A DNA stretch of 64,000 bases, from contig NC_068998.1 in assembly GCF_001194135.2 (NCBI RefSeq), positions 27,134,354-27,198,353 on the forward strand. Direction: 5' to 3'. This document shows positions 13,301 through 26,800 of the stretch, one piece after another. Position 1 is the stretch's first letter, and each line of letters starts with the position of its first letter. The position numbers and the translations under genes were made by a program. Below the pieces are notes generated by a model, which saw only the letters and a program-made list of their open reading frames with translations, was not told the origin of the DNA and ran no database searches. This stretch comes from Octopus bimaculoides. Taxonomy: Eukaryota.

Positions 13301-16300
13301 ATATAAGATTTTGGTGGGGTCCATGCAAGCAAAATCAAATTAGGGACCCATAATAGTATATTAAAGGTCCATGAAAAATGTTTGCTCTAGATGTATTTAA
13401 TGCAAGAAACAGGTAGATTTCTTTCTCAAACATTTTACATAATTCAACCTATATGAGTTAATGTGTGAAAAGCAAAATAGGAATTTTAAAAGGAGTATCT
13501 ATAAAACTACTTTTTAAACATTGAATGGCTATGGGGGTCCACCAGAATAAAACAGTAACCAAAGGGGTTTATAGATAAAAAATGGTTGAGACCTATAGAA
13601 ATGGACATTTTCAGCCCTTCTAGAATGGAACATAAGAATGAGTGGATAAGGTTAATGAAATTAATGTTCTGTGCAAATATCTGTAAGTGATGACTAAGCA
13701 AAAGATTGCAGCAAATGCAGTTCTGAAGGAAAATTAAACAAAATGTTTAAAATGTAATTTGACACTGAAACGTAAACATTGTAGACATTGTTTGCTATGT
13801 TAGAAGTGTTAGGACAAAGGAATATTTATTTATGTAAATATATACTATTCCTGTAATTTGTTTTCTTAAAAGAACAATCATTCTATGTGAGTATCAATTA
13901 GAGCATCGGTTGAGTGGTTGGCATTAGAGTAGGCCCCCAACCAAAGAATCCTTGTCAAAACTGAAATATTGTAAAAACTTGGATTCAATAACGAACAGGT
14001 TTTTAAAAATATACGCAAAAAGTATTATTCTGAGGTTAATTGAAACAGGATGTGCTAGAAAACTACATGATGATTTCATATATCAAATACCACATGGTTT
14101 GACAAATTAAACACTGTTAACGAAGTACAGTGACATGACAGAATAAAATGCATTTACAAGGACAGAGAAATGTAAAAAAAATTTAAGCTCAAGAATGATC
14201 CAAATCAAAAACATTTAACTAACAAAAAAAGCAATAATCCTATCCTAAGTTGGCTTTTATATTTTTATCTTGGCTTAAAATGTGTCATATAATAGAGATA
14301 AAAGTGACTCAAAGTTAGCTATAACAGCTTAAATGTTAGTATATTGTGTGACAAACCATTATAATAAAGTGCAATAGATAAGCTACTAGGAATAAATAAA
14401 TTTGTCTTATCTTCTTGAATTTAGTGAGTGTATGTTGTACAGCTAGAGCATTCTAAATATATGTTACTGTATTCAGTCAATGAATGTACGTTACTGTACT
14501 TAATGGTACAAAGAAAAATGGCCATGAAACATCAGACAACAATGGCAATCAAAAATTAAAATCATACAAGATGCAATTAGATACTCTTTTCTACAGCAAG
14601 AATAATAATAATTATGAGCAAAGATCTAGTGTAAATGATATTAGATATCATAAGTACTAATTTGAGACATGGAAACAAAATAAACAATGTCACAGAAGGA
14701 CCAAAACTTCCTAGTTGCCAGAAAATTCCATTATGGACCACACTATAGTGTAAGTCCTCAAATTGCATGCTATAATTTGTTTCTGCTTTGATCTTGTAAA
14801 GGAAAGATATTTTGAATAATGTAGTCCTAGATACACAATGCATGAAAAAGAGGAGATGGTCACAGTTAGAACACCTCTGATCATCAGACTGTTCAATCAG
14901 AGCTTATCTGGAACTAATTAACAAAGGGTGCTGATCATAAGACCATACACATGAAGGTTAATTGCGAATAAATATCTTTTAAGATTGCATTTCTTATTAT
15001 TTTTCCCTAAAATATTTCAAAATTTAAAGTTTTGATCTTTTGACGTTATAGCATTTGATATTCTGATTTTTCAGTCATATGAAATTCAGCTTCATGACCC
15101 CAAATCATAGCATCAATATTCAGTAAAATAGAGAGAAAAATAGAAGGGAAGTTTGCAGTTCAGTATTACAGCCAATAAAAGTAGGAGAAACCTGTTATTT
15201 CCACATACGATGCACTATTTTCTCAATGTAGAATAAACAGGAAAATCAAAGTAAAACAAAGAGATACTGACCTCCAATGGATTTTGGAAATGGAACACCT
15301 CTGCTCTTATAAAACTGTTGCTGCCGCCGTAGTTCATCTGAAATAATACAGCAGACCCATTAGGATACCACACACAAACCAACAAGATATACCCTCCATA
15401 TGCAGTTATGAAATATTATGTATTAGGACAACATAACAAGATATCATATGTAAAGTTGTTTAATCGAAAATACAATATACTATATGTTCAGTTACATGAT
15501 ATTTATTTTATTACAAGTGAAGACATCTGCAGCTCTTATCTGCTCACCACTCACCTGGCTGGAAATAGCCTAAAATAAGTTTTAATCACAAAATTATTGT
15601 GCACGTGCATGTGTGTATGTGTGAGTGTGTGTGTGCACGCACCTTGCAGATATAGAGTATTTGTCAGAAAATAATGTAACCATCCAATCATGGTCAATAC
15701 CAACTCTTCTGGCTCCTTGTGCTGGTGGCACGTAGAAAGCACCCACTACACTCTCGGAGTGGTTGGAGTTAGGAAGGGCATCCAGCTGTAGAAACACTGC
15801 CAGATCAGATTGGGGCCTGGTGCAGCCTCCTGGCTTCCCAGACCCCAGTCGAACCGTCCCACCCATGCCAGCATGGAAAGCAGGCATAAAACGATGATGA
15901 TGATGATTGAGCCTTATCATGACTATAACTAATGTCAGACATGACAATGATGAAGTGTGACATCATAAATAAAAACAAAACATTGTAGTCTACAGCACAA
16001 TATAAAACAGTTTATAGTTTACACACACTACGGTAAAAGAGTCTTACAGGTCTAGTTGATACATCAAACACTACAGTAACAATGTGTTACAACACTAGTT
16101 TATATACAACAATGTTTTATAGCTCTAGTTAACACCATAGAAAATACAGTAACAGTATATATCATGAAATCTAATATTTAATCCATCTTAAACTACATCA
16201 TCATCATTTAACATCTGTCTTCCATGCTGGCATAGGTTGGATGGTTTGACTGGAGCCAGCGAGGTAAAAGACTACACCATGCTACTGACCCTGTTTTGGC

Positions 16301-19126
16301 ATGGTTTTTACAGTTGGATGCCCTTCCTAACACCAACCGTTCCATAGAGTGGACTGAGTGCTTTTTATGAGGCACCAGCACAGGCAAGGTCAGTTTTGGT
16401 ATGGCTTTTATACCTGGATGCCCTTCCAAACGTCAACCACTTCGCAGTGTGGACTGAATGCTTTCTATGTGGTACCACCACCAGCAGTGTCACCAAGTGA
16501 CTTGCAAGACAAAGAATTTTGAGAGAAGGGCATTGAGGGAGGAGACCTTGTATCAGATGAGGAAAGATTAGAGTATGACAGAGAGACAGAGACAACTATA
16601 GTGAATACATTAAAGTGTTTATAATCATTGAGTTTCAATTAGAGTCACAACAGGTAAAATTCAAATGTTTTGAGCTAGTTTTCCACCACATTTCTTAAAA
16701 ATCGTGGTAGAGGCCTTGGTCTCAGGACCACTCATATCTAGGAACTGAGGTTGGTGGGTAAGCATGGGCATGCTCCCCATAGAAAATCCAGCTACAAAAC
16801 AAGCCTCATGATAATAGCAAAGAAGAATGGGCACCAGTCAGCCCAAAGGTTGGGGTGGGCTACATCTGCCTACTTGAAAACAGAAGGTGCAAACCCTCAT
16901 CCTGGGTTGCACAAGCATGACTTGCTTTATGACGGCTGACGGCCTGAGGAGAAGTTTGGGGGTTGAGAAGTTGGAATGTGGGCAGTCTGTGTGGAAGGGG
17001 AACTGAGGTGTGCAAGGAATTGAGGAAGAGGAGGGTGGATGTGTGCTGTGTGCAGGAGGTTAGGTGGAGGGGCCAAGGTGCAAGATTTGTGGGGGTCAAG
17101 GGAAGAAGGTACAAGTTGTGGTGGTTGGGGAAATAGTAGGGGGACTGGAGGTGTGGGAGTTTTGGTGAAGAAAAAAATCTGTGAGAAGGTGGTGGAGGTC
17201 AGGAGAAAGAGTGACAGAGCGATGGCAGTAGTGTTAGCATTTGAAGAAGAAGTGGTGAAGGTGATTTGTGGGTATGGTTCGCAAAGTGGAAGAGGGATCG
17301 CTGAGAAAGAGCAGTTCTTCGATGTAATGATGAATGAGTGGGACTTAGAAAAGGTAGATGAATTGGTTTTGGGCATCAGTGATTTTAATGGACATGTTGG
17401 GAAATGGATCCAGGGCTTTGAGGGTGTGCATGGGGGAAATGGAATTGGGGAGAGAAATTTGGAAGGAAGGATACTGTTGGAGTTTTGTGATGAGAAAGAG
17501 TTGTATGTGACAAATACATGGTTTAGGAAAACAGAGAAGGAAGGTGACTTTCAGCGCCAGAGGGAATGAGACAGAGATTGATTTTGTGTTAGTTGGCAGG
17601 AAAAACAGAAAATATCTGAGAGATGTGAAGACAGTATCGGGGCAGTTGCAGCACAGGTTGGTGGTTGCTGACTTGGATAAGAGGAGAGTTAAAAAGCATG
17701 TGAGAAAAGGAACAGTTGCGAGGAGAAAGGTGTGGAAACTGAAAGAAAAAGAAACAAGAGCAAGCTTTGAGGAGAAAGTTGGGGAGTTGGTAAGCATTGA
17801 TACACCGGATTTATGGAAGTCTTTTAAAGAAGGGGTACTCAAGGCATGTGACAAAGTGTGTGGAAGGATGAAGGGTAGGAGAGATCGAGGAAATACATGG
17901 TGGTGGAACAAGACGGTAAGGGATGTGATTGCAAGGTAGAAGGAAGCGCACAAAGCTTTATGTAATAATAGGACTGAGCAAATGAAAGCCAGGTATGATA
18001 ACATGAAGAATCATGCAAAGAAGGTGGTTGTGAGATCTATGAGGAAGGAGGCTGTGGAGAGGTTGAGCAGGCTGGATGAGAACCCAGATAGAGTGTTGAA
18101 GTTTAGTAAATCAATGAAAAATGACGGAAGAGATGTTGAGGAAGGAAGATGCATGAGGGGAAGTGATGGAAGGTTGAATTGGGAGGTTGATAGAAGGTTG
18201 AATCAACCCAGAACCATATGGTTCAGAAGCAAGCTTCTTGTCACACAGCTACACCTGCACCTATGTAAGCAGAATGTTTGTTGAATTGTTTGGAAAGGAT
18301 TAAATGTGATTTATGTGATTTATGTGGCATCATCTGAAAGTATTAACTAATTCCTCTGAATGTCTCCAGAGCAACAAACAGAGTCTCATGATGTTTATTT
18401 AAATCCCAAAAACTGCTAATTAGTTTGCTAAACAACAATGTCAATGGTCACAATTCTCATTTACCTAGTGTGACATGCATGACAAAAATTGATTGCAACA
18501 TTTTCAAGATAAGCATTTTCTATGTATGTCCCATATAGGGTAGATCTGGAAGAAATGGTCTCAATATGGATATCTGGTTGAAAATGAACCATTTCAACAT
18601 ACTTTTATAGATATATAAAGTTTTTTTTTTTTATGGGGGGGGGGGTATTCTAAAATCTTTATAAAACCTGCTCTGGTTTAACCCTTTAGCATTTAACCAA
18701 CTATATCTTCCGAAATATTCTGTTTTATGTTCAAACTGGCCAGAACCAGCCTTTCACACCTACCCTACAACGTAATTCAAAAAATATATAAACACATCAT
18801 AGAAATCTTGAAGCTACAAGATAATGCATGATTAATTCAAAACAATGTGAATAAATAAGCAGCATATTTGACAAAGTAATGGGTTAACTTTCATGAGAAT
18901 GGCTCAGATATTAATAACTTAGTTATATTCTCTCTTTCATTTCGTTATATTTCAAAATACTAATGAATTGATTTTATAATTATTTTATGAATATACTTAG
19001 CAAAATGTTTACTGAAATCAAGGTGATGAAAGTATATTATATTATAGAAGAGATAATTTTGCTAATAATCAGTAAATGGATCTTCAGTTAGTTTCAGTGA
19101 TGTCTATTTCAGTTGTTTGATCAATG

Positions 19127-19159
<33 letters not shown>

Positions 19160-19277
19160 NNNNNNNNNNNNNNNNNNNNNNNNNNNNNNNNNNNNNNNNN
19201 NNNNNNNNNNNNNNNNNNNNNNNNNNNNNNNNNNNNNNNNNNNNNNNNNNNNNNNNNNNNNNNNNNNNNNNNNNNNN

Positions 19278-19359
<82 letters not shown>

Positions 19360-20860
19360 ATACACACACACACACACACACACACATGTATATATTATGG
19401 AATTAACTTTCTATGCCAAAAACAATGATTTGTTCAGTACAAGCAATTTGTTAAATACCAATTGTTGTTGACCACTTCTGATTTGCTCCAAGTCATCTGT
19501 GTATCAATAATAATATACTTTACTGCAATCTCTTGCTAGTAAAAGCCTGCTGAAGACAGAGGTATATAAAAACAGAAATTCATCCTGTAAATAAAGTATT
19601 TTCTACATATAGTTTCCATTGTATGTAGACTAATTAACAAATACAACTGTTGAAGTAACTAAATCATTTGATTTACACAGAGACCATATAATTATCAAGC
19701 AAATAAGGGAGTGTCTAGCTCAGTGCTTCTCAACCATTGTTTGCCGATGGACTCCATTTGATTCCTATTATACTCAGGTGGATCCTCATACCCATTCAAT
19801 ATTTTTTTTAATTCTATTATATTTTTATAATTAAATATTATTATGAAGATTATGAACTGTATTAAAAAAAATTGTTAAAATATTTTGTGTATTGTAGAAA
19901 TATAACCAATTTATTGCAGCTAAAGTTTAACAAAAAATACTTATGTGGACACCCAAAGGTTATATGGTCTTCAATTGAGAACCACTGGTCTAGTTAGTCC
20001 TTAACCTACTAGAAATAGCAGATGAATCTCCTTCAAATCCCTCTGCAGTGTCTTTAGAGCAATGGAATTTTTGCAAGGCTAACATGAGACTTAACTACAT
20101 TCCGCCAAGTGTTTGTTTCAATACTTACTTTCTTGTAATTCTGGCACCAGTTTGTACACAATGTCCTGCATGGTCCGGTCATGGCTGCAACACATATTAG
20201 TTACATGTTAGCACTAAATATAAACTGACATGAATGACACACAATAACATTAAACATGATGTAGTTTATATACAGGTTGATATTCTAAATATTAAAAATA
20301 TTTACAGACAATACTGTCTTATAATAATAAAAATAACAATGTTCCATGCACCCATAAAAAAGCTTATAGAGAAACAACAGAAAGATTCCCAGCATAGGGT
20401 TTTAGGAGAACTAGTTAGGTTGAATGGAGCCTTGTAAAAGAACTGGATGAATAACAGATATTTAGATTATATCATAAGAGCAGATGACCAACAAAAATTG
20501 TTGTGCAGAGGAAAAGCCCTCAGAAAAAACATCAAGAGGATGATCTGGAAGAAACTGGATTGATAACATCACGGAGATGTCAGGATTGAAAATGCAACAA
20601 TGAATAAAAGCATCAGAAAATTAGGAGGAGTGGAGAAAAGAGCTGAAAGTATTGACTATAGTGTGAGCAGGATAACTCATTGGCTGGTGCATTATACATC
20701 AGTAAAAGTCTTAATTGAAATTCTCAATGAAAAATATGAGCGAGTGTCACCCAATTTTTGAGGTTGGGGTAATACTTTTAGTAAGAGTTAAGAACACAGA
20801 GATAAACAGCTAGCCAAACACATAGCAACAACGATGACAATACCACTGATGCAGATGTTC

Positions 20861-20891
<31 letters not shown>

Positions 20892-23800
20892 TTTTTCTAT
20901 GTTTGCAAGGACTGGATGGGCTTTCTCCAACACAAAGTTGCACCACCTGTTATCAGTCTTGACCACTTTTTCTATGTGTTCCTTTTCTACATGTTCCTCC
21001 TGCTTGGATTGTTTGGCATTTCTTTACCCAACTGCCATCCTTCATGTGCATTACACATCTGTCAGTATGGTCTCTTTTCTTGCACAATATGGTAGATATC
21101 TTTTATAATGACTTTATTTGTAAATATATTTGGTGCACCATCATCCATACATATCTAATATCACACATCCAGTGAGCATACTCAGTTAATTTCTTTCTTG
21201 CCTTAGTGTATCCTCTGCATTCAAGACCCATATTCACTATCCCATAATACTGCACTTCCTACATAAGCATAATATACTCTGCCCTTCATTCAGAAAGGAA
21301 TTCCCTTTGTTGCCAACAGAAGTAACAGCTCCATGAACACTTACTAGCTTGTTCATACTATGCTTTCGGAACACCTACCCTCACTGGTTATTAAGCCACC
21401 TAAATAACAGAAGCTATCAGCTGTTACAAGGAATCTTCTGAGAGTTTGAAAGAATCTATTTCATTGGTGTTTTTACTGCTATCTATTCCTTTTACAGACA
21501 AATTCTTTCTCGAGTCACATCCAACTCTTATGCAACTACAGTTTACAATGGATATACTGTATAGAATTCCCATCTGCTCTTTGTTTGCATATCGAGTATG
21601 ACTACTTTCCAAATAGCAGGAGAGTCCTATTAGAGTCCTAAATAAATTTTTGTCTTTGTTAGATTTCCTTTGAGGCCTCTTGATTCTAGGTTTTACTTCT
21701 ACATTTGCAAATTTTTCCCTAAACTTTAAACAGCTTCAGCTATGTGAACTAAGTCATTGGCATACAGGAGTTTTCATAGTCAGTCTTGAACCCATCTTTA
21801 TAGCCTGGTAAACTACAATGAACAGGATTGAATGCAGAACCAAACTGATGGATTCGTGTCTGCAAACTGCTTTTTTTAGTGAACTCACTGCTCACTCTCA
21901 CCTTGCTGACATTATATAACTTGTACAGCTCTCATAAGCCATTCATCTACTTCCTTTTGTGATATACATTTTACAGTTGGATGACCATATGACCAACCAA
22001 TTTATCGTGTCACCCACACAAGAGATTGTATACAACAAGATAAAGATTATTGCTCTTGTTGGATGGATTTCCTGCATGAAGTTAGTAAAATCTGTTTTCT
22101 TTTTTCCTGCATAGTTTTTTGCAACATGCGGAACCGTTAATACCAACATTTTTTCTCTCTCATCCCTTTCTATTGAAGAGCATAAGTTCAAAATGTCAAA
22201 GACTTTTCCATCTTCCCCAAGTATCAAACTAATATATCTGCATGTTTTCCTTCGCCTGTCTTTTGGTTTCTGTACATCTGAACCAGTTTTTCTTTGATAA
22301 CTGGATCCCCTACTTATTATTAACGACATCACAGAAAGGACGGTACTAGGACAAAATCTCACTGGACAAAATCCCCTGGTAGTCAATATTCCCCAGGATA
22401 TTGTTCTTTCTTTATAATAAAAATATCTTAGGAAAGAGAAATTTTATAAAAAAAATTTTTAATATTTATTAGTTGATATTTTTGTGTAAAATTTTATCCA
22501 GAGGGATTTTGTCCTCGGAGAATTTTGTCCTGATACCGAATGGACTGGGTGTATGTTATTGTGTTACCAGTATAAGAAAAGTTGTCTTTAGTTAAATTTA
22601 TTAGTCTTCTCTACTTCACGTCAGTATTTTTCTTCTAACATGTTGCCTGGCTGCAATTCCTAGAATCCTTGTCAATTCTATTTCATTCACACCTTATTTT
22701 TTGCATAATAAAGGAAGCGAATTATTACACAAGAGGTCTGGGGTAGTTAGCAATAAAGTGGGACTGTGAGTTCCTTTTAGTCCTATCACACCAAGAACTT
22801 ATCAACTTCTCCAGTGCTGGTGCGACAAGAAAATGCACCCAATACATTCTGTAAAATAGTTGGCAATAGGTAGGGCATCAAGCCATCAAAATCAAGCCAA
22901 AATGATATGAATGAGCCCTAGTCTATGAGTAGTAGCAGCTCTCAATAAGAAAGGGCTTGGGGTGTGGTGACCTGCCCGACAAATGCCAGCATGGAAAGTG
23001 GATGCAAAACAGTAGCAGCAGCCACACCAGTCACCACCACCACCACCACACATCTCCTGATTGAATAAGCTGCAAGAGGTGAAATTTGAAGGCTTTGTCA
23101 ACCAAATACATATAATAAATTTAACTCTACTAGAAGTATTGGGTCACATTCAAACTATCAAAGTCAACAGTAGTTTAATAATTGCAGTTCCATTACAATT
23201 TACATTAAAAAAACCAGTTAGCTACAAAATCTTAACTAAAAGGAATCATTTCATGAATGAAAAAGATGAAAAAATTCAGGCCATTAGTTCCTGTCACATA
23301 ATTACACACTTTTACATCTATAAATAACTGTAAAAACATAAAATACATACATACTTACACGTGTTAGAACAGTCCAGAGAGAAAAAAAATAGGATGATGA
23401 TAATAATAATAATAACAAGAGCAAACCTCTACCAAGGCAACACCAACAATTAGCCAGAGATGATTTTTTAAAGTGAGAATACCTGAAATAAACTCGCCTG
23501 CTCTCACAAACAAGAATACTAAAAATGAACCCAACCGCTCTCAAAAATTAAGTAAAAAAACAGGAAAAATAATCCAGAATCCTTGTCCAGTACTGAATTG
23601 ATCCCAAAATCTTATCAGTTCATGCCTGTCATGAAGTCAAACATTCCTGAAAGTTTCATCCAAATCCATCCAGCAGTTCTTGAGATATCTTGTCCATGGA
23701 CAAACAAACAAAGAAACAAAAAACAACACCTCCGCCTTCACTAAGGCAGAGGTAATAATAATCCTTTCTACTATAGGCATAAGGCCTGAAATTTGGGGAG

Positions 23801-26800
23801 AGTAGACTAACCGATTACATCAACCCCAGTGTGTAACTGGTACTTATTTCATTGACTCCGAAAGGATGAAAGGCAAAGTTGACCTTGGCAGAATTTGAAC
23901 TCAGAACGAAGCGACAAACAAAATATCACTAAGCATTTTGCCCGTCACGCTAATGATTCTGCCAACTCGCCACCTTAACAACAACAGCAGCAACAGCAAC
24001 AACAACAACAATAATACATCACAGGTGCATTCAATCTGCTCAGTTGGTCTTTCCTCCTTTCTTTCATACTGCAGTAGATGATAACAGCCCCGACTCTACT
24101 GTGCAGTAAGCTACCTGCCAGGAAAGTGACCTTTACCATTATCAGTTTCAACCTCATTCATGCCATTGTTCAATACATTTGTACTTGACATTTTGGTGAT
24201 ATGGTGACACAACCACCAGTGTTTTTATTGAGACACCTCTTCTTGAGAAGTTGCCAAACAAGGTTAAAGAGTCCACCTCCACCCCCACCCAATGAGACAG
24301 ACTTAACCCTGCCAGATGCCAACCAAGTATCTCATGGTCTTGGGGTGAGCTTACAAGTACTACACTTAGCCCAAGAGTGACCTGGAGGTAGTTATGGTTA
24401 AGCGTAACCTCATTATTCCCATATCAAGATTCCACAGCCTGATGCCGTTGAACGCCATACCCAGGACTATTAACTACTGCAGTAAACACATGAGCATTGT
24501 CTCTAATATGAGCAGTAAACACAGGGGCAAAATCTCTGATGATATTCTACTACTTTCCTGAACTGGACGATGGAAGAACTAAGACACATAGACTGTAAAA
24601 CCAGAAGGACAACATCCACATATAGGTTGTTACATCCTAGACACAGTGTTGATAGGTTATACCTACCATGGAGGGAGAGAGGGAGAGGACTGATAATAAC
24701 AGAAGATTGCATAAGAGACGGGAGAATGTGATATAGAAGAGTATGTGAGAAATAACACAGAAAGACTGATTTCAGTTGCCAGAGGGGAGAAAGAAGTTGT
24801 GGAGACTACAATGGAATACAAGGAAAGAAGAAAGAAAGAAGAAAGAAACAACTGGAGAAAAGAACTACACAATCAGCATCTCAGACAAACGCAGGATGTC
24901 ACAGCAGATGAATTTTGTCTATGGCTAAAGAATGGAGAACTTAAGAAAGAAACAGGAGGATTCATAAGTGTTAAAAGCCAGTCATTTCAGATGAATGTCA
25001 TTAAGGCAAAAATAGACAAACCATGAATAGTCCTAAGTACAGAGTATGTAATGAGAAAGAGAAATCCATTGTGTACATAAGTTTACATAGTCCTTAGGCA
25101 CAGAAGGAGTATAGACATAGGCACAATTGTGTAGCCAAGGCATTACACTGGGACATATTAGAGCAAAGATTTGAAGTAGGCAGAAAATGACACCAACAAC
25201 AACCAGAGAGTGTAATAGAGAAGGTCTTACAGGATCTTAATTTACAGACCGATAATGAACTTCATGCCAAGCAACCAGATATTATCAATCAGACAAGGAG
25301 TGAAAAAAGAGTGCTTCATCACAGATGTGGCTATATCTGCAGACATGGATATAGCAGTCAAGAAAAGGTCCAGAATTTGACTAGGAAAATGCAAATAAAT
25401 AGAAAACAAGAGAAAAGGTCTGTCATTCCTTAACGAAACTAGTAGACAATCAACACTACTATGGAACAAGAAGAGAACAAAAATACTGTGGAAATACAAA
25501 ATTACAGATAAAGGTTTACCTGAGGTAAAAGAACAGCTAAAGCAAGATATCCTTACCAAAGCACAAAGAATCCGCTGGTATGAGAAACACCAACGATTCT
25601 TTAAACAAAACAAACAGTTCAGCTCCAACCCCAAAAGATTCTACTAAAATAGACATCAATGCAGCACCAACAGCAAAAGTGGAAGAATTTTGGAAAGAAA
25701 TATGGTCGGTGAAGGAACAACCTCAGAAAAGGTCTATCAAAACAACAAACTCAGCACCTGAACAACTCTGGACCCCTATAACAACTGGAGAGGTCACCCA
25801 GACACAACAACAACTAAGCAACTGGAAGGCATCCGGGCAAGATAAGATCCTCAACTTCTGTTTAAAATATCTGACAGGAACACATAAAAAAGCTGGCTGA
25901 GAAAATTAATGACATACTAGCAGAGCCAGAGACAATGTTTGAATGGGTCATGGAAGGGAAAACTATCCTAATTCCCAAATCCACTGAAATGGCAAACCCA
26001 TAAAATTACAGACCAATAACTTGTTTCCCTACAATTTACAAAGCTTTTCTGCAATATCGCACAGAATGAGCAAGCATCTGGAAGAAAACAACCTGTTTCT
26101 AGAAGAGCAGAAGGGATGTTGCAAGGGCTCATACAGCTGTAAAGATCAACTAATGATCAATAAAGCCATAACTGAAGACAGCCACAGAAAGAAGGATCTG
26201 CGTATGGCCTGGACCGATTACTGAAAGACTTTCAATAGAATTCCCCACACATGGATCCTAGAAACACTAACCATGAACAAGGTAGCACCAACAATCATAA
26301 AATATATAACACATTCCATGAATAAATGGCAGACAGTGCTACAGCTCCAAACAAAAGAGTGACTCATAAAAACCAAAGCCATCCCCATTAGAAGAGGAAT
26401 ATTCCAGGGAGACACACTCTCTCCACTCTTTTCTGCTTGGCATTGACACCTTTATCTGACATGTTAAGTAGAACTGGATATGGATACAACTGTTATGGTA
26501 AAACAATCAGCCACCTCTTATATGTGGATGATCTAAAACTGATCTACAAATAATAAACAGCTGGAAACACTACTAAAGACAGTACATGGATTTACCAAAG
26601 AAATAGATACGAAATTTGGATTAGAAAAATGTGCCAAAGCAACTCTGTAAAGATGAAAACTAGTTAAGAGTAGTAACATCACACTAGATAAAGCAAATGA
26701 AATAAGAGAATTAGACCAAAGCCAGACATACAAATATTTAGGAATCAATGAACTAGATACAATACAACACACACAAATGAACGAGAAAATAAAAAAGAAT

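Noticed and set aside
16745-21930. Idea that the RTE 5' half (+) and RTE 3' half (-) are one twin-primed inverted insertion
   Set aside because: Separated by about 2.7 kb that includes PCGF3 exon 3 and unrelated repeats; more simply two insertions.
21943-22386. 147-aa minus-strand ORF
   Set aside because: Starts inside the 22341-22538 MITE and runs into decayed repeat sequence; no recognisable domain.
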